A DNA stretch of 57,208 bases, filler included, from Sphacelaria rigidula (Eukaryota): assembly GCA_964200075.2 (NCBI GenBank). It is 4 parts of 4 records of this genome, joined end to end, with 100 filler letters (N's around TTAATTAATTAA, not from the genome) between each part and the next. Parts side by side here need not be neighbours in the genome. Positions count along the whole stretch, not along the records: positions 14,330 to 28,556 come from CAXNAA020002369.1; positions 28,657 to 42,883 come from CAXNAA020002370.1; 2 more parts are not named here. One strand, 5' to 3'. Within the stretch, counting starts at the first letter, position 1. Each line of letters opens with the position of its first letter. This document shows, in pieces, positions 22,843 through 35,632 of this stretch. The notes under the pieces were generated by a model. That model saw only the letters and a program-made list of their open reading frames with translations. It was not told the origin of the DNA and did not search any database. The position numbers and the translations under genes were made by a program.

Positions 22843-24680
22843 CTCTGTGATCCACCGTGACACGTCGGCTTTCTTGTGGGTGCCAGGAAACACGTGCGTT
22901 GCCAAACGTATGCGCTTCACCTCGCTGCTGTTCGGAAACATTTTTGACGCTGATGTTGTGCAGAACTCCTGGTTGGCCACAGTAGTCATATCAAGGTGCA
23001 GGCTGCAGTAGCCACCGGTGTACCCGATCTTGCGGTACTGTTCATCGCTGCCTTGAGTACCCCGACAACGTCGTCCTTCACTTTTGAGGTTAGGTCGTTG
23101 AGGACCTTGTCGAGCATCGGTTTCGCCGGTGTTACCCGTGCGTAATCCGGCGCAAGCTCCGCGACGAGCATCTTGAGACCGACATCGTCGAGGAATGCCC
23201 ACAGTCAAGCGTTGACGACGCACCATATGACGAGCTTGCGGTGCAGGCGCTCGCGGTCTGCCGGTGTGAATTGTGGCCGCCAGGTGCCCAAAATCGAAGA
23301 AAGTGACTTTTCCCCAGAAGTCTCATTTCCTGTAGTTGAGCACACAAGAGCACAAGGAAACACAAACATACAAAATTCATGGAAAAGAGGTTGAGCTTCT
23401 TGTGGCAAAGAGTGCGAGTACGCATGTGTTGTCCTGATAAGGTAGAGTACACAACACTAAACATTAAGTGAACAACTTTTTCGCGGGGAAAACGTGAAAA
23501 AAAAAGGGTGTGCGCAGGATATCGTACTAGTACATCACAGTATGTATAAAATGGTACACAATCAACTAGTAACAACTAAAAACTAAACAAATCCAGTACA
23601 GCAGTACACAAGTAGAAAGAGGAAAGTAAACCGTACAACACACGATACATGTACGGTATAATCGTCGGTGCATACAAAGTACAGCCGCACCGTATGTCTG
23701 CAATATTCCGGCGTAGCACAGACAGTACAGTACTACACCACACTAGTACAGTACTGCAGCGGGAGGTGTAGTATCGTATGGTACGCACTCTTGTACGAAT
23801 ACAATTGTACACTGCATGTTCAATGTTTAATGTTGACGACCATGGGTCTGAAAGAGACAAGAGGGCTGGTATGCACATGAAAACGCGAAAACCCTGTACA
23901 CCCAGTACAACTGTAAACAGTACACAGTGCACTGACTCCTCACTGACTGTAGTACGTACCCTGCAGCTGACTTGTATTATGGTGCATGCCTGTAGGGTAC
24001 AGCCGCCGCAAGGTGGCGTGTAGTACGGAACGTAGCACAGTACAGTTGACCTATTCTGTGAGCACTGTTGTTCAAGCATTGCACCAGCACCGTACCGCCA
24101 CAAAACAAATACCCACGACAAACTTACAAGAGAAATCAGGAAAGAGAACCAGCCGCTACCACTGGCATCATTACTGCGGCTTCTTTTCGGCGTTCAGTTG
24201 TACTGCCGTCGTCTCATGCCACACACACATACCTGTTGCTGATGAAGCGCCTTGGAGTATACCTCCCCTCTCGCGCTGTGCTGCGCTGGAGTGTATACTC
24301 GCCGCCGTGCACAAGTCGTACACGTTTGGGTGGTTTCGCTTGATGTGGGTCAACACGATGCCCGTTTCCGTTCCTCGGCACGTATCTCATGAGGTGACCG
24401 CAACGGTCTCCCTTCGGCGTCAAGACTCGGCAGATGACGCTCTCGCCGTTAGACAAGGCAGGCGAGAAATGGACCAGGTACTTCCACATTAATGACAGAG
24501 TTCCCTGCCGATTCCTTGTTACGACGTTGACCTTCCTCAGCTCGTTTTCGACAAGTGTGTCAGCCACGGGGCAGGCGAGTCCCGCATCAGATGCTGCAGC
24601 TGCAGGCAACGGCCGAGATTGGCTTGAGGCTGGTGCGGCACTCCCTCATTGTGGACCTGCCGTTCCCCCCCCTGGATCCA
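22843..24680 (-). pseudogene. Intron-containing hAT transposase, N-terminal part, degenerate
   Basis: Exon about 24680-24233 with BED finger (MWKY...VICRV...RCGHLMRY...LTHIKRNHP); donor G|gtatgt; phase-matched exon 23329-22843 with NA*LWAFLDDVGL (D.RPF..V.D.GF-like), SLHLDMTT (first catalytic D) and THKKADV, ending |gtgaga. Confidence 0.8.
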
Positions 24681-24849
24681 TGCCATGTACTCGTGCACGT
24701 GTACGTTACACCCGGTCTCTCGGTATGAATGTGGTCAAGATGATTGTGATGTTATGATGCTATGCTGCCAAGATAGCTTATAATATGTGCGGTGGCGCGG
24801 AGCGCGCGAACTTGCTGAAATAATATATCCTCTTCCATGGTCGATCAAA

Positions 24850-25260
24850 CTCACTGGTTTTCATTGAAGCACAATCTTGTAGAATTTTGAAATTCAACGC
24901 GATCTTGAAGTGTTACCGCTTCATGTAACGTGTTTATGGCGGATGTAACGTGTTTATGGCGTTTCATGTAACGTGTAACGTCTAATACACGTTGTTATTA
25001 CACGTGACAACGTGTAATAGACGTTACACGTGACATGGAACGTTTCATATTATGTGTTTTAAACGTTCGAGCAATTTGACTCTCACGTTACGTTACGTAT
25101 GTCACGTTAAAAATATTTCATGTTACGGTAACATATCATTTGAAAATCTAACGTTACGTTCACGTTACGTTCATCACGTAAAACAGTTTTAACGTTCACG
25201 CTATGTTTCGCCCAGGACGTAACGTATAACGCTGTGGCACGTGTAGCGTGTATATCCCTG
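24850..25260 (-). mobile_element. hAT terminal/subterminal region with ACGT(TA) motif array
   Basis: Terminus reads CAGGGATATACACG on the minus strand; dense AACGT/CACGT/TACGT motifs; homologous to 54609-54990. Confidence 0.75.
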
Positions 25261-25325
25261 TATAGTACCCCAATTACAATACGTTGGAACCCTTTTCAGT
25301 CGGCCCGACCAACCGATGACAACTA

Positions 25326-26819
25326 CAGGCTGGTTCACGGAAAATACCCAAGAAACACTCATCGGCAAAACTTCACGCCGTTTTAAGGAGTTGGGCCCTG
25401 AAATTTTGCACAGATGTTCTATGGGTCATCTCGCAACTTTCCAAGGTCGAGTTCTTTTCCCACTTTTTCCCGGGGTCCCAGTTCTTTCGGGGAAACTTCG
25501 ATCCAGTCGGACCCCGTTAAACGGTAATAAAGAAAAAAAGATAACCTTGTTCATTCACAGTTGCGTAATGACCCATAGAGCCCCTGTGAAAATTTTCAGG
25601 TCTCACTCCTTAAAACGGCGTGGAGGTTTTCGCGTTTGTGCGATGAACCTTGCCGTGCCACGGTGAAACGACAAACTACTAGATTTTAGTATAAAGGCGT
25701 TTTTGGGCCTTCTTTAACATGAACAAGAAAATTCAAGCACCAGCTAATCGCGTTTGGCCACGAAACTTCGTGGCGTTCTTCCTTGGGTTTGATGGTGACA
25801 TAGCGTCCGCGAAAAGAATGAAAAATAATCGTAGTGCCGGTTTTCCGGGGTCCCAAAATGGACGACTTCGAAGAAACGACTTGGATCCCGTCGGACCCCC
25901 GAAAAAGGGCAGAAAATTCAGCAAGTAGAGAAACCTCGTTGATCGAAACGTGCGTAAGGGTTCATAGCACATTTGTGCAAAGTTTCAGGGTCTAACTCCT
26001 CATAACTGCGTGGAGGTTCAAGCATTTGTGCGAGGATGTGAGCTTAACACGTGCAAACTCCCAACCACGTGGTTTTATACTCTTTTTGGGGTGAATTTTA
26101 CATCAAGGCAGGAAAAGGTGTATGAGATTTCGATTTTTCTCACCAAACTTTGTACATGTGTTCCTTGGACTATCCCGGAACGCATCATGTTTGTTTTTTC
26201 ATTTTACTCATTCTGTACCGCATTCCGGGCGTCTTCGTACTGGAACCCCCGGAAGCCGACAGAGAACGGAGAAACTTTCAACTCTTGCCAAGAACACAAT
26301 GTTTTCATTTGGAGCATCAATGCGTATGGAACGGCCAAGTTTGAAGATGATCTGAGCTTTTCTACAACAAATATAGGAAAAATCGTCACGAGGCTCCTGA
26401 GCACTGAGTCTTCCCCACTTATCATGAGTAGAAATTAGACGACGCCAAACTCCACGTCACCGAAACATCACGGTTTCGGGTATAATTCGACCTCTCTAGA
26501 ACCGTTTGCAAATCTGTTTCTCCCGTTGGATTCCTGAGGTGATGACGGTCACTACGATTTGAAGCATGTGGAGATTCGGTAGAAATTAGGCTTGGAATTC
26601 GTGCTTTCAATCTTGAAACAACCTGAAAGGCGCTGATTGGTCGAGAAATATTTTTGTCCGTAGCGCCACCGCTATAGCCTAACACAAAAAATCGGCCATG
26701 ACACCCTCTTTGTCTGTTTTTTGAGGTCAGTATGATACCATGTATGCGACTATTGGGTGCGTATTGCAGAAGGCATTTGCTGGTGACATGATTTTGGGTC
26801 TTTTGCGTGAACCAGTCTG
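25326..26819. mobile_element. Non-autonomous Tc1/mariner-type element (1.5 kb)
   Basis: TIR CAGGCTGGTTCACG / CGTGAACCAGTCTG with TA on both flanks; homologous to 46167-46940. Confidence 0.85.
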
Positions 26820-27014
26820 TATGTACCGACTGCTGTTACGTCGGCACCAACTCAGATTGCCGTAGTTCCAATAACAGTAGGGCTGTGAACTGGCTGCTTT
26901 GACCAGTCAAGTTTAAACTGGCCGTCCCAGGTGACAGTATAGTAGTCAGCATCAGAAGTTTTCAGAATTCATAGTTGTTCTATTTTTTGAGTTTTTCTGG
27001 AGTACTATTCTTGG

Positions 27015-27500
27015 CAACTACTTGAAAGTGCTAGCGCCGGTAGATCTAGGGAAAAAGCGTAGGCCGCGCTCCAACTGCAGTGCTCAGGTTGGTGTTTGGA
27101 GCGATACGGACGTGATACCCCGTTTATCAGGAGGATGTTATTGACCGATTTTGGTCCAGTGTAAGCAGTTTACCCGCTCTTCAGCGTCGAAACGGTCAAT
27201 ATTCAGATGAACGAATACGTATAAAACTCTTCACCATAGTGATCGAGATCGTGCTTCCCTCCTATACTGCACAGACCTCAGTCTAGCATTCTGCGGATGG
27301 CCTGTTTCCGGGGGGGTTTTGCATAACATTTTTCATGAGCACTCGAAAGTGCCAGCGTCGAAAGTTTTGGCAAAATAAGCAAACCGTGCTCAAATAAAAA
27401 TTGCCCAAGTTGGTGTCGTGGGGGCGACACCGGGTAAAGACCCGTTTATCAGGTGGGTGTTATTGACCGTGAATGGTCCAAGAAACACAGCTTTCCTGCT
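27015..27500. repeat. Diverged about 320-bp direct repeat, related to about 17790-17930
   Basis: CCCGTTTATCAGG..G.TGTTATTGACCG at about 27119 and 27441; CCCAAGTTGGTGT shared with about 17861. Confidence 0.6.
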
Positions 27501-28556
27501 TTAGCGCAGTGACTAGGTGGAATTTTGGAAAATAATCTGTTTTTAGTCTTCATTTATATGATCCGGATCGAGTCAGTCCACCGAAACAACCGAAAAGCTG
27601 GAGGCTGGGGTCGTATTTCCGCAGGACCCCCGAAAATCGGTCAAGCCCGTAAGTCACTCATTATTGATCTAATATAATTTTTCTTTCAATATTTGTCAAG
27701 AGGTTTAAAATATCTCCGGATGCCCATTTTGTGGCATCCAACAGCGAATGTGATTGAGTGGTTGCAAGCAAAACAAATTTGGACAATCTTTGAGAAACTC
27801 AGAAATTGCGGATTCTGCATACTTCTGACGCTGACTACTGTACATCGAAACGACATCGGCGGCGAGCGGCGAAGGCGCTAGCCGTGAACGGCCCCCCTGG
27901 TTGGTGAGGGGGCCCCGTGGAATGCCGCCGGAGTCGAGAAAAATTGCGTTCTTTGGCTTGTTTCTCCTTTTAAAAAGTTGAAAATTGTAGTATATGTGGC
28001 CCCTCACATTGAAGAGCTAGAGGTCTTAGGTCACTTCAAATCGCACTCAAGGCGGTGCGCGATTCGAAATCATTTATCTGTAATATGCACCCGCAGACTA
28101 TCCGTGAGGAGAGGAAGATGCAAACAAGCCAAGGCTGGCAGCACGCAGGAATCGGGTATGCTGAATAAAAATGAAGCCTTCACTTTTTCGGGGGATGGAG
28201 AGGTTCGGGCGTTCTCGTAAGAAATCGTCGTTACCATTCTAAAACGCTCTCAACCAGTGAAAGAAAAAACAAGAAAAATGTTCATGATGCTCTAGCGAGG
28301 TCCCACACAAAATTTCATTGTATGAGCACCAAACGTGGGCCGGTAAGTGGCCTGCGAAATACTCTTCCGATTTTTCATCGACCCGATTTTTAAACGGTCC
28401 ATTCGCAATTTGAACCCTAAACTTTGATTTGGACATTTTTTTCTTCCCTCACACTTCGAAACCCTCCCCCTCGTCGGGATGAGTCCGTCGTCTCAAGGGA
28501 TCAACCCATCTCTCCCCCGGTACGTGCCTTTCATTTTGTTCTCGCGGATTGGGTCA

Positions 28557-28656
28557 NNNNNNNNNNNNNNNNNNNNNNNNNNNNNNNNNNNNNNNNNNNN
28601 TTAATTAATTAANNNNNNNNNNNNNNNNNNNNNNNNNNNNNNNNNNNNNNNNNNNN
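28557..28656. other. Artificial contig spacer
   Basis: Identical 100-nt linker. Confidence 0.97.
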
Positions 28657-31600
28657 CGGGGCTTCTCATAATAAGGCGTTTGGCCAGGGGACAGGAGGGG
28701 AGGGTTCCAAAAGGGTTAAGCACCCATTGCACCTCCGGCCACACGTCCACCCACTCGGAAACCACTGTACGCTGCTCGAGAAGATCAGGGCGAAGAGCAC
28801 GAACTTCTTCCTTCACCATGCGTGCGCACGCACCGTTAGACTACGGAGAATACGCTACCGCAAACTGGTGATCAACGCGCAAAGCCTCTCGCAATCGGGC
28901 CAAGATGGCATTCTTGAAGTGCGTGGCGGTATCACTCACCCACACACGGGGCACCCCCAACGGTTTGCACCAATTCAGTAAAGATACAGCGGTCGATTCA
29001 GCAGTACACACTGCTACTGGTTCCAGAGCCACAAAGTTGCTCAAACCGTCCATGATTACCAAAGTGTATCGAAACCCAGCATCTTCCGACAAACCTTAGG
29101 GAACTAGCGGGCCACTCTCGCCCACGTACAAGAAGTCAAAATGAACGACTTTATTCGGCGTGGTCCCATGGACCGTTTCGCCGAGCGGGCGGGGAACAAC
29201 ATCGCCCACCCTTGAGTCAGCACAGTGAAGACACTGGCGGACAAATTCGCGCACATGAGTTTCTTTCCCCTGCCGGACACAGAACTCTTGCAAGCGCACG
29301 AGTGTCGCAGCCACACCACGATGCCCGGCGTCGCGCATGCGCGCGCAAATCATCAGACGTACGTGCCACTGCTTGTCAGAACTCGAAATCTACTAAACGT
29401 TTCGGCCACGCACATGCACACAAAACATACCTTCATTGTCCAAGATAGCAGTACCAACGTCCGACTCGAAAGATTGCACATCCGCATCTTCGGCCCCGAG
29501 GTCTTTTCGTTGGGCTTGGCGGACAACAGATTTGGACCGCATCGAGTCATCAGATACACACGGACCATGCACAGCCACAGCGCGCACAGGCATTTGAATT
29601 TCAACTGTAGGCACCTGCATGACCAAACTACCCCAATGACACTCAGATGCATCCGGAATCATAGACACCTAACAATCAGGACGAGGATGGAACAGCGTCA
29701 CGGCATGAGCCACCATATCCTTCACTGCCGCCCACGCCTGCAGCCTGATCTCCGTCCACGATGCAGCCTTCTTCGGCAACGCCATATCCGGACTGGACCA
29801 CCCCGCCTGCATATTCCGTAACACCAACCCGAGCGCCAAAAAAGCCGCCATGCACAATGCCAACCATCTCGACTTCACTGGATCGTACCGTCGCGGCTTC
29901 GTCTTCACCGCGGATGCCCCAGGGTTTGGCTGAACACGCATGGGCTCCACGCGCGCAGGGGGATCACCCCGTAGCTCACGACAAAACGCGTTGACGCGGC
30001 AATGCAGTATGCCAATCAGGCGCTTCACTTTTGGGACGCTGAGGCCTGTCGCCCCAGCATCCGTCACGCTCTCCTCCAGCGCGACCTTCCGAGCGGACCC
30101 CTCTTCCGCCGGAATCATTAACATCTCCGGGCCGCGCTCTACTAAGCGTTCCACCGCCGCACCCCGCTCCTCGGTCGCCTGCCTTCCAGCCTCCTGAAAA
30201 ACATCCACCGACAAGCTCACGCGACGACTGCCCAAAACAGCGGGCGTCTCCAAGCGCGGGCTAGGCGGAGACATCCACGTCTTCATGGAGTCCCACAACC
30301 GCCGAGCGTTGACTCCAAGATCCTGAACCATCGGCAACTCCAGAAGAATGACGCCATCCGACCCCGGCATAATCGCAAACGAGATTGGAGGCAACTGCGC
30401 CGGCCCCCGGGAATTCATCAAAGTCAGCTGCAGCGAAGCGGTACGCTCTGTGACGTAAAGATGCTGATACGCGCGGTGACGGCCTGCAGCGCCCCGAGCG
30501 AAAACGGAACGCGCAGCGGCACACCCGGGAGAAGACTCTTCCACATCTCTACAATCTATACCGACAGACTTACATGACCGCCAGAATCCTACTTAGCCTG
30601 AACCGCGATGGCTCCACGCTCCTGTTGATTTGGAAGGCATAGCTCCGTAGGAACGTACCTGTCCGCCCATTCCACTCGCAATTTATTGACCGATCGATGC
30701 GCTGCTAATCCCACTTGACGCCACGGCTGCGCAAGCTGCGCAGGCGAAGACGCCCCGTCAGATTCAAACGGCACCGCCGGCGGGTATGATCTCCAGCCAG
30801 CAGACCAAGAATTTGGCGAACCTCCGACCAGCGCGTCAGTAGGCGTCGCGCCTGGCGCTGCTGCCGGTGTCGCCGCCGGCACCATCACCGGGGCCGGCGT
30901 AGCGCTCGACACTGTAGAAGTCGGTCCCACCTGCACCACCCGTTGTGGAGCAGCAGCACCTACGACGTCGCCGGATCCATAATCAGGCTCATGCTGACGC
31001 CACTGCCCCTGCTGACGCCGCTGCCCCTGCTGTTGCTGCCGAGGACTCGACTGCGACCCTCCACCGCCGGAGTATCCACCGCCGCCACCACGATTACCTC
31101 GTCTCCTGCCCTTGTGCTGACAATGCTGATGGCGCGCAGCGTAAGATTGCCCAGACTCTCCACCGGAAGACGTTGGTCAATCGCGCGCGTTATGGCCGTT
31201 CTGGCCACAACGGTGGCAAGTACTCGCCGCATGCCCAGCTTGCTTTTTGATCGCCGCAACCAACTACGGCGGGGTGATCGTGATCTTTCGATGCTCCAAA
31301 CGAGCAAACACTCTCTGCACATAAGTTGGCACTTGTTGAGCCATTGGTACCACCTGATGCCGCATAGCACCCCCTGCTTTAGCGTGCTTCAAGCGCTTCT
31401 TGTACTCTCAAAGTACTTCGTAATGAAGGTGCGAGATGCACTCTCTGAGTACCTATTCCCATGTTGGGGAGGTCACAACTCTTCCCGCATGACCACGGGT
31501 GTCACGGTGGACGTACCTCGTGAGCCGGTAGCCATAGCTGTAGCTGTAACCGGCTACCTGCTGAAATTTTTCAGGCAAGCGGACCTCCTCGAATTGCAAT

Positions 31601-31790
31601 TTCCTTGCTTCGTCACCGCACCATACAGTCGTAGATATCTCCAAACTCCCGCTGCACGCAGCTTCAGCAAGTCTCCAGTCTGGATCAATCACAGGCCAGC
31701 CGCCTTTCTGCAGCTGCCTCAGCTGGAACTCTCTCCATGCGTCCGTGGTGTATGAGGTTTCCACAGCTCTCAGACTCCTACCGAAATCCT
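28657..31790 (-). mobile_element. Degenerate Ty3/Gypsy element (gag-PR-[RT deleted]-RH fragment-IN)
   Basis: Gag knuckle CHRCGQNGHNARD* (about 31180-31220); DSG protease motif about 30580; RNase H PDAS; integrase HRGVAAT...CLHC, HFDFL, IMDGLS, VSDTATHF. Confidence 0.9.
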
Positions 31791-31803
31791 TTCCAGCAAG
31801 GCT

Positions 31804-31836
31804 CTAGCACTAGCACTAGCACTAGCACTAGCACTA
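31804..31836. repeat. (TAGCAC)n microsatellite
   Basis: Direct reading. Confidence 0.9.
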
Positions 31837-31846
31837 ATATCGATGT

Positions 31847-32071
31847 TGTGACGCCAGCCAGTGGAAGCATTGTTGGATCACTGCTGTCGAGGGACTCCCC
31901 AGTCTTACTGGCCTCAGTTTCAGTTGTCATCCTTTACAACATTCCATTATTCAGGAGTGCCCTGGAAGGGCACCAGCTTTCTAGACCTGCAGATATCATC
32001 TCCGTGTCCCCGGCCATTATCCAGAACTCTCCAGAATCTCCGTGCCTCTAGTCATTATCCATCTCGTCACA
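31847..32071. repeat. Possible LTR (225 bp)
   Basis: TGTGACG...CGTCACA inverted termini between two Gypsy remnants; no partner LTR or TSD seen. Confidence 0.4.
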
Positions 32072-32099
32072 ACCTGTATATTCGGTTCAACAGACAGTC

Positions 32100-33800
32100 T
32101 TGCGCAACATTTCCTACCCAGTACAGCACGGTTTGTCTACGAAAATGCCGCAGACCAACTCCCTTTTCCCACATGGGCCGCGTCAATCCCTTCTAGTGCG
32201 TGTGGTACATCTTCGCTATTCGACGCCACGACGTCGGACCATTTAATATCCGCTGATATGATTGACTACTACGTGTTCAATGGGGGCGTTAACATCTTCG
32301 GTCGTGACATGAAAAGGCGGTGACTTGGTGGTGTGCCTCATGAACACGTACATTTCGAGTCCCAACGGCAGTCGTTTGGGCATGTACCCGTAACGCGCGG
32401 CGGTGCAAGGTTTACAGCGCGAGACAGACACGTAATTTTCGGCGGAGGCCCGGCCTTATCCGTGGCGAAGTCGAGATACAAAAGGTTCTTCCCTAGGGTC
32501 GAGCATGCGGTGCTGTAGAACTTGGCCCACCACCCGATTTCTTCCACGATCCGGCCCAATTCAGGGACAACTTGGCCTTCAACACCTTGTCTAGCGAATC
32601 CCTGTCCGCGCTTGCTCCTCAATGATTTGTACATCATTGTACACCTACACCCATGCACCTACCTTCTACCCTGGGCGCGTGTGCATCACATCACCCCACA
32701 TGGCATGTGCACTATTGGCTTTTGCCTGATTGATTCGGTTTTACTCACGCACCAAATCATATGCCAATCGCAGACGACCATTCAAACGATCGCGATACTT
32801 GCAAATATCCAAGTCATGCTACAGTAAGGAGGGATGTTCGATTCCACGAAAAATGGGCTCATGGGTGCGTCAAACAATCTATCACAGCCGCGGTTGCTTG
32901 CATTTGGGTATAAGCGGTCAAGCAGTGTGAACTAGCACTATTTTTCGGGAGCAAGCGCGTTCGAACCACCGTTACTGCTTCTAGCGCCGATTGAAATGTC
33001 AACTTCGTGAAATAAACGGCCCAAAATACCCCCATCCTATCCTCTGATGATTGCCGACGTTGTGGCGCTCAAATATGGTTAAGGGCGACCGCGGTAAGCG
33101 ACCAATGTGGGTTTTGTTTGGGGCAAGGCCGTTAGTAGTGTGGACCGAGTTCTTGTAGTTTGGACAAAGGGCAGAAGCAAATTCGACTGTGTCCGTCGTT
33201 CGTTTGTGACGACTGACAGCATTTGCGCCATCATATGGCTGACGCGTTCCGTTCCACCGTTTGTTCGGTGAGGGTGGTATGCACTCGTAAAACGACGGTA
33301 AGAACCCAGTAGGTTACTACCCGCGGAAGAACGTTTGCCAGGAAACTGTTGGCCGTTGTCGAACAGCAGTCTCCAGGGGGCACCCCATTGTGGCATGTAT
33401 TTGTACACAAGCGTGTTGGCGGTGCCGGCCGCGGAATGGTTGGATGCTGAGACGGCGGCATACATGATGGCGTGGTGGGTAGATCGATCCATGATCAACG
33501 GAATGTACATGTTGCCCTTCTCCGTGAGGGGTAATGGTCCGAAATAGTCCCAAGATATGACTTGACCGGGTCCGTTAGCGAGCGGCATAGAGATGACTCG
33601 TCAACACACAGTCTGTCGGGACGCCTTGTGTGCCTGATAAGTCGAACAACAGCGTATCCACCAACGGACACATTGATCGAAACCTATTCACAACAACTTC
33701 GGTCGTCCAAATTGTACCCAATCATAACGAGGCGTTGGAGTGACACTCGTGCATAACCCGTGGTCGCATCAACTTCGGCACGTAAATGCGAAGAGGTTTG
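32100..33800 (-). pseudogene. Gypsy integrase remnant with chromodomain-like C-terminus
   Basis: VRWWIRCCSTYQAHK zinc-binding remnant; WDYFGPLP, IMDR, LFDNGQQF, TSAYHP..TNGGTER; downstream VSRCKPC, KSPPFHVT. Confidence 0.85.
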
Positions 33801-34071
33801 TCACATACAGACCTAGCGTATTGGTCTCTCTGACGTGCCACTGTGGGTTCGCGGTTCGAACATACAATGCCGTCATCATCTATGTCAAGGTTTCCTCTTC
33901 AAGCCAACTCAACAACGTTATCCTGTCTTGTTGTCCGATGCTCTCCGATGGGTTTGGCAATATCCGCGGAGGTGAATGGTACAGGGAAATATTGGGACAG
34001 ATGTACTATTACTTCGCGGAAGGCAGGCTGAGCTAATTGTTTTGGCGCCCAATCTTGGTGGGAGAACAAGA

Positions 34072-34328
34072 TGACACTTTCTACGATAGCCCCCGCTATT
34101 AAAGCGCCCGGTTTGGGGAGGCGAAATCTCCACATAAATCGGAAAAGAAAAAGCCGAGCACAACGAGCAGCTGGGAATTTTCACGCTTGGATTCGTTCTC
34201 GCCAATGTCGCCCACATGAGTGCTTCATGCAGCCTGAGCCCGAACATCATGCGCTGCGTGACCATGTTTTTCGTGACACTTCTTTCGGGCTGGTTTGGAG
34301 GGGGGGGGGGGTATCGTAGAAAGTGTCA
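34072..34328. mobile_element. MITE family C (257 bp), opposite orientation to 19939-20194
   Basis: TGACACTTTCTACGATA...TATCGTAGAAAGTGTCA; GA on both flanks. Confidence 0.88.
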
Positions 34329-35122
34329 GATCCACATGTATTTGAGTTCATTTTCGGTTCGGGAACCAAGGAGACAGTCGTGGGCATCGTTGATTGTACG
34401 CGTAAAAGTGTTACCCTCGGGAGGTAGTGTACAAGGGAGTGGCGAGCTCCGATAACGAAACAGTACCGGTAGCTTCAACATCGATGAGGCGCTCATCGGT
34501 AGTGGAAGGCTGTGGGGAAGCAAAGCCGAATGGTACCTGTGTGGTCAATGATAGAGACATCGTCCTCCCCGGATTCACCGAGTATTGGCAGACCTGGTGG
34601 AGGTGACCCTGTCGATGTACCGGGTTGTGTCGACGCGTTGTGGGTGGAGCAAGGAACTCGTCGGCACCGGAACCGGGGTACTCATTTGTTGCTTGCCTTA
34701 GTCAGCACCGGAACCGGGGTAGGTGGGGCAAGATGAGGTCTAGAAACGGTGGCGTGAGCGGCTGCTCATTCTACTAGAAAAACGGTCCCGTACCTGTACA
34801 GGAAAATCAGATAGGGGGGTGGTGCGCTCCGGGGGGTGGCAACATGCCCTCGGCGGCACGTAGTGTTTTCGCTATCACGAGCAAGAAAGAAGGCACGCAA
34901 GAGGGAGCGGCTACCCAGTGTGGGTACAATTCGCCGTTTCGGGGCAATTCCGAGGTAATTCCGAGAAATATACGGAACAGGTCGCAGACACGTGGCGACG
35001 CGAAGACAAAGAAGTATCGGGCCGCCGGCATAAACGAGAGCCTGCTGCATCGAGAGCTGCAAATCGGTGACGTGCCTCCGCAAGCACAACAGCAGTAGTA
35101 ACAGCCCGGGGGGGAACAGCCC

Positions 35123-35321
35123 GGGGGGGAGAGGCGTACTTATTCGTTGCTCGCCTTAGCCGTTATACCGTTGACCACGCATCCCTTTCGAGACGGAGCA
35201 CCGTTCCAACTACTTATGTTGGAGATGTCTCTGTTAGGAGTAGAAACGGCGCACCGTCTCGAAAGGGACGCATGGTCAATAGTCAAATGACTAAGGCAGG
35301 CAACAAATGAGTACCCCCCCC
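35123..35321. mobile_element. Palindromic MITE family A (G-run/GTACTCAT termini)
   Basis: About 75-bp inverted arms incl. CCCTTTCGAGACGG / CCGTCTCGAAAGGG; isolated ends at 34675-34705, 44815-44890 and 44935-45010. Confidence 0.8.
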
Positions 35322-35324
35322 TGT

Positions 35325-35632
35325 GTGTTGGTGAGACACGCATGAAGCAGGGTATAAGCCGTGGTTACCTCTGGAAGTGGCGATACCACAGAATAAAGCA
35401 ACTCATTGTTGACTGTCATCCAAATGCAAGATAATCAGTAGGCTTCGGACCGAACAATCTAAGCAGGATGCAGCTCACCCTTCATGCGACTGCACACCAC
35501 GGCGCTTCGCGCATGGAGGCTTGAGTGCGAGCCTGGTTCGGCGAAAAACCGGCGTGCTCCGTCCCGGCTTTGTAGAGATGCGAGGTCAACGGTCTTGATG
35601 ACTATGGCAGGCATGATCATGAGTACACCCCA
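35325..35632. repeat. Repeat family B copy
   Basis: Homologous to 235-447 and 48880-49183. Confidence 0.8.

Noticed and set aside
30943..31755. 270-aa plus-strand ORF (and similar ORFs at 29225-29821, 40127-40732, 7808-8443)
   Set aside because: Antisense shadows of GC-rich TE coding regions.
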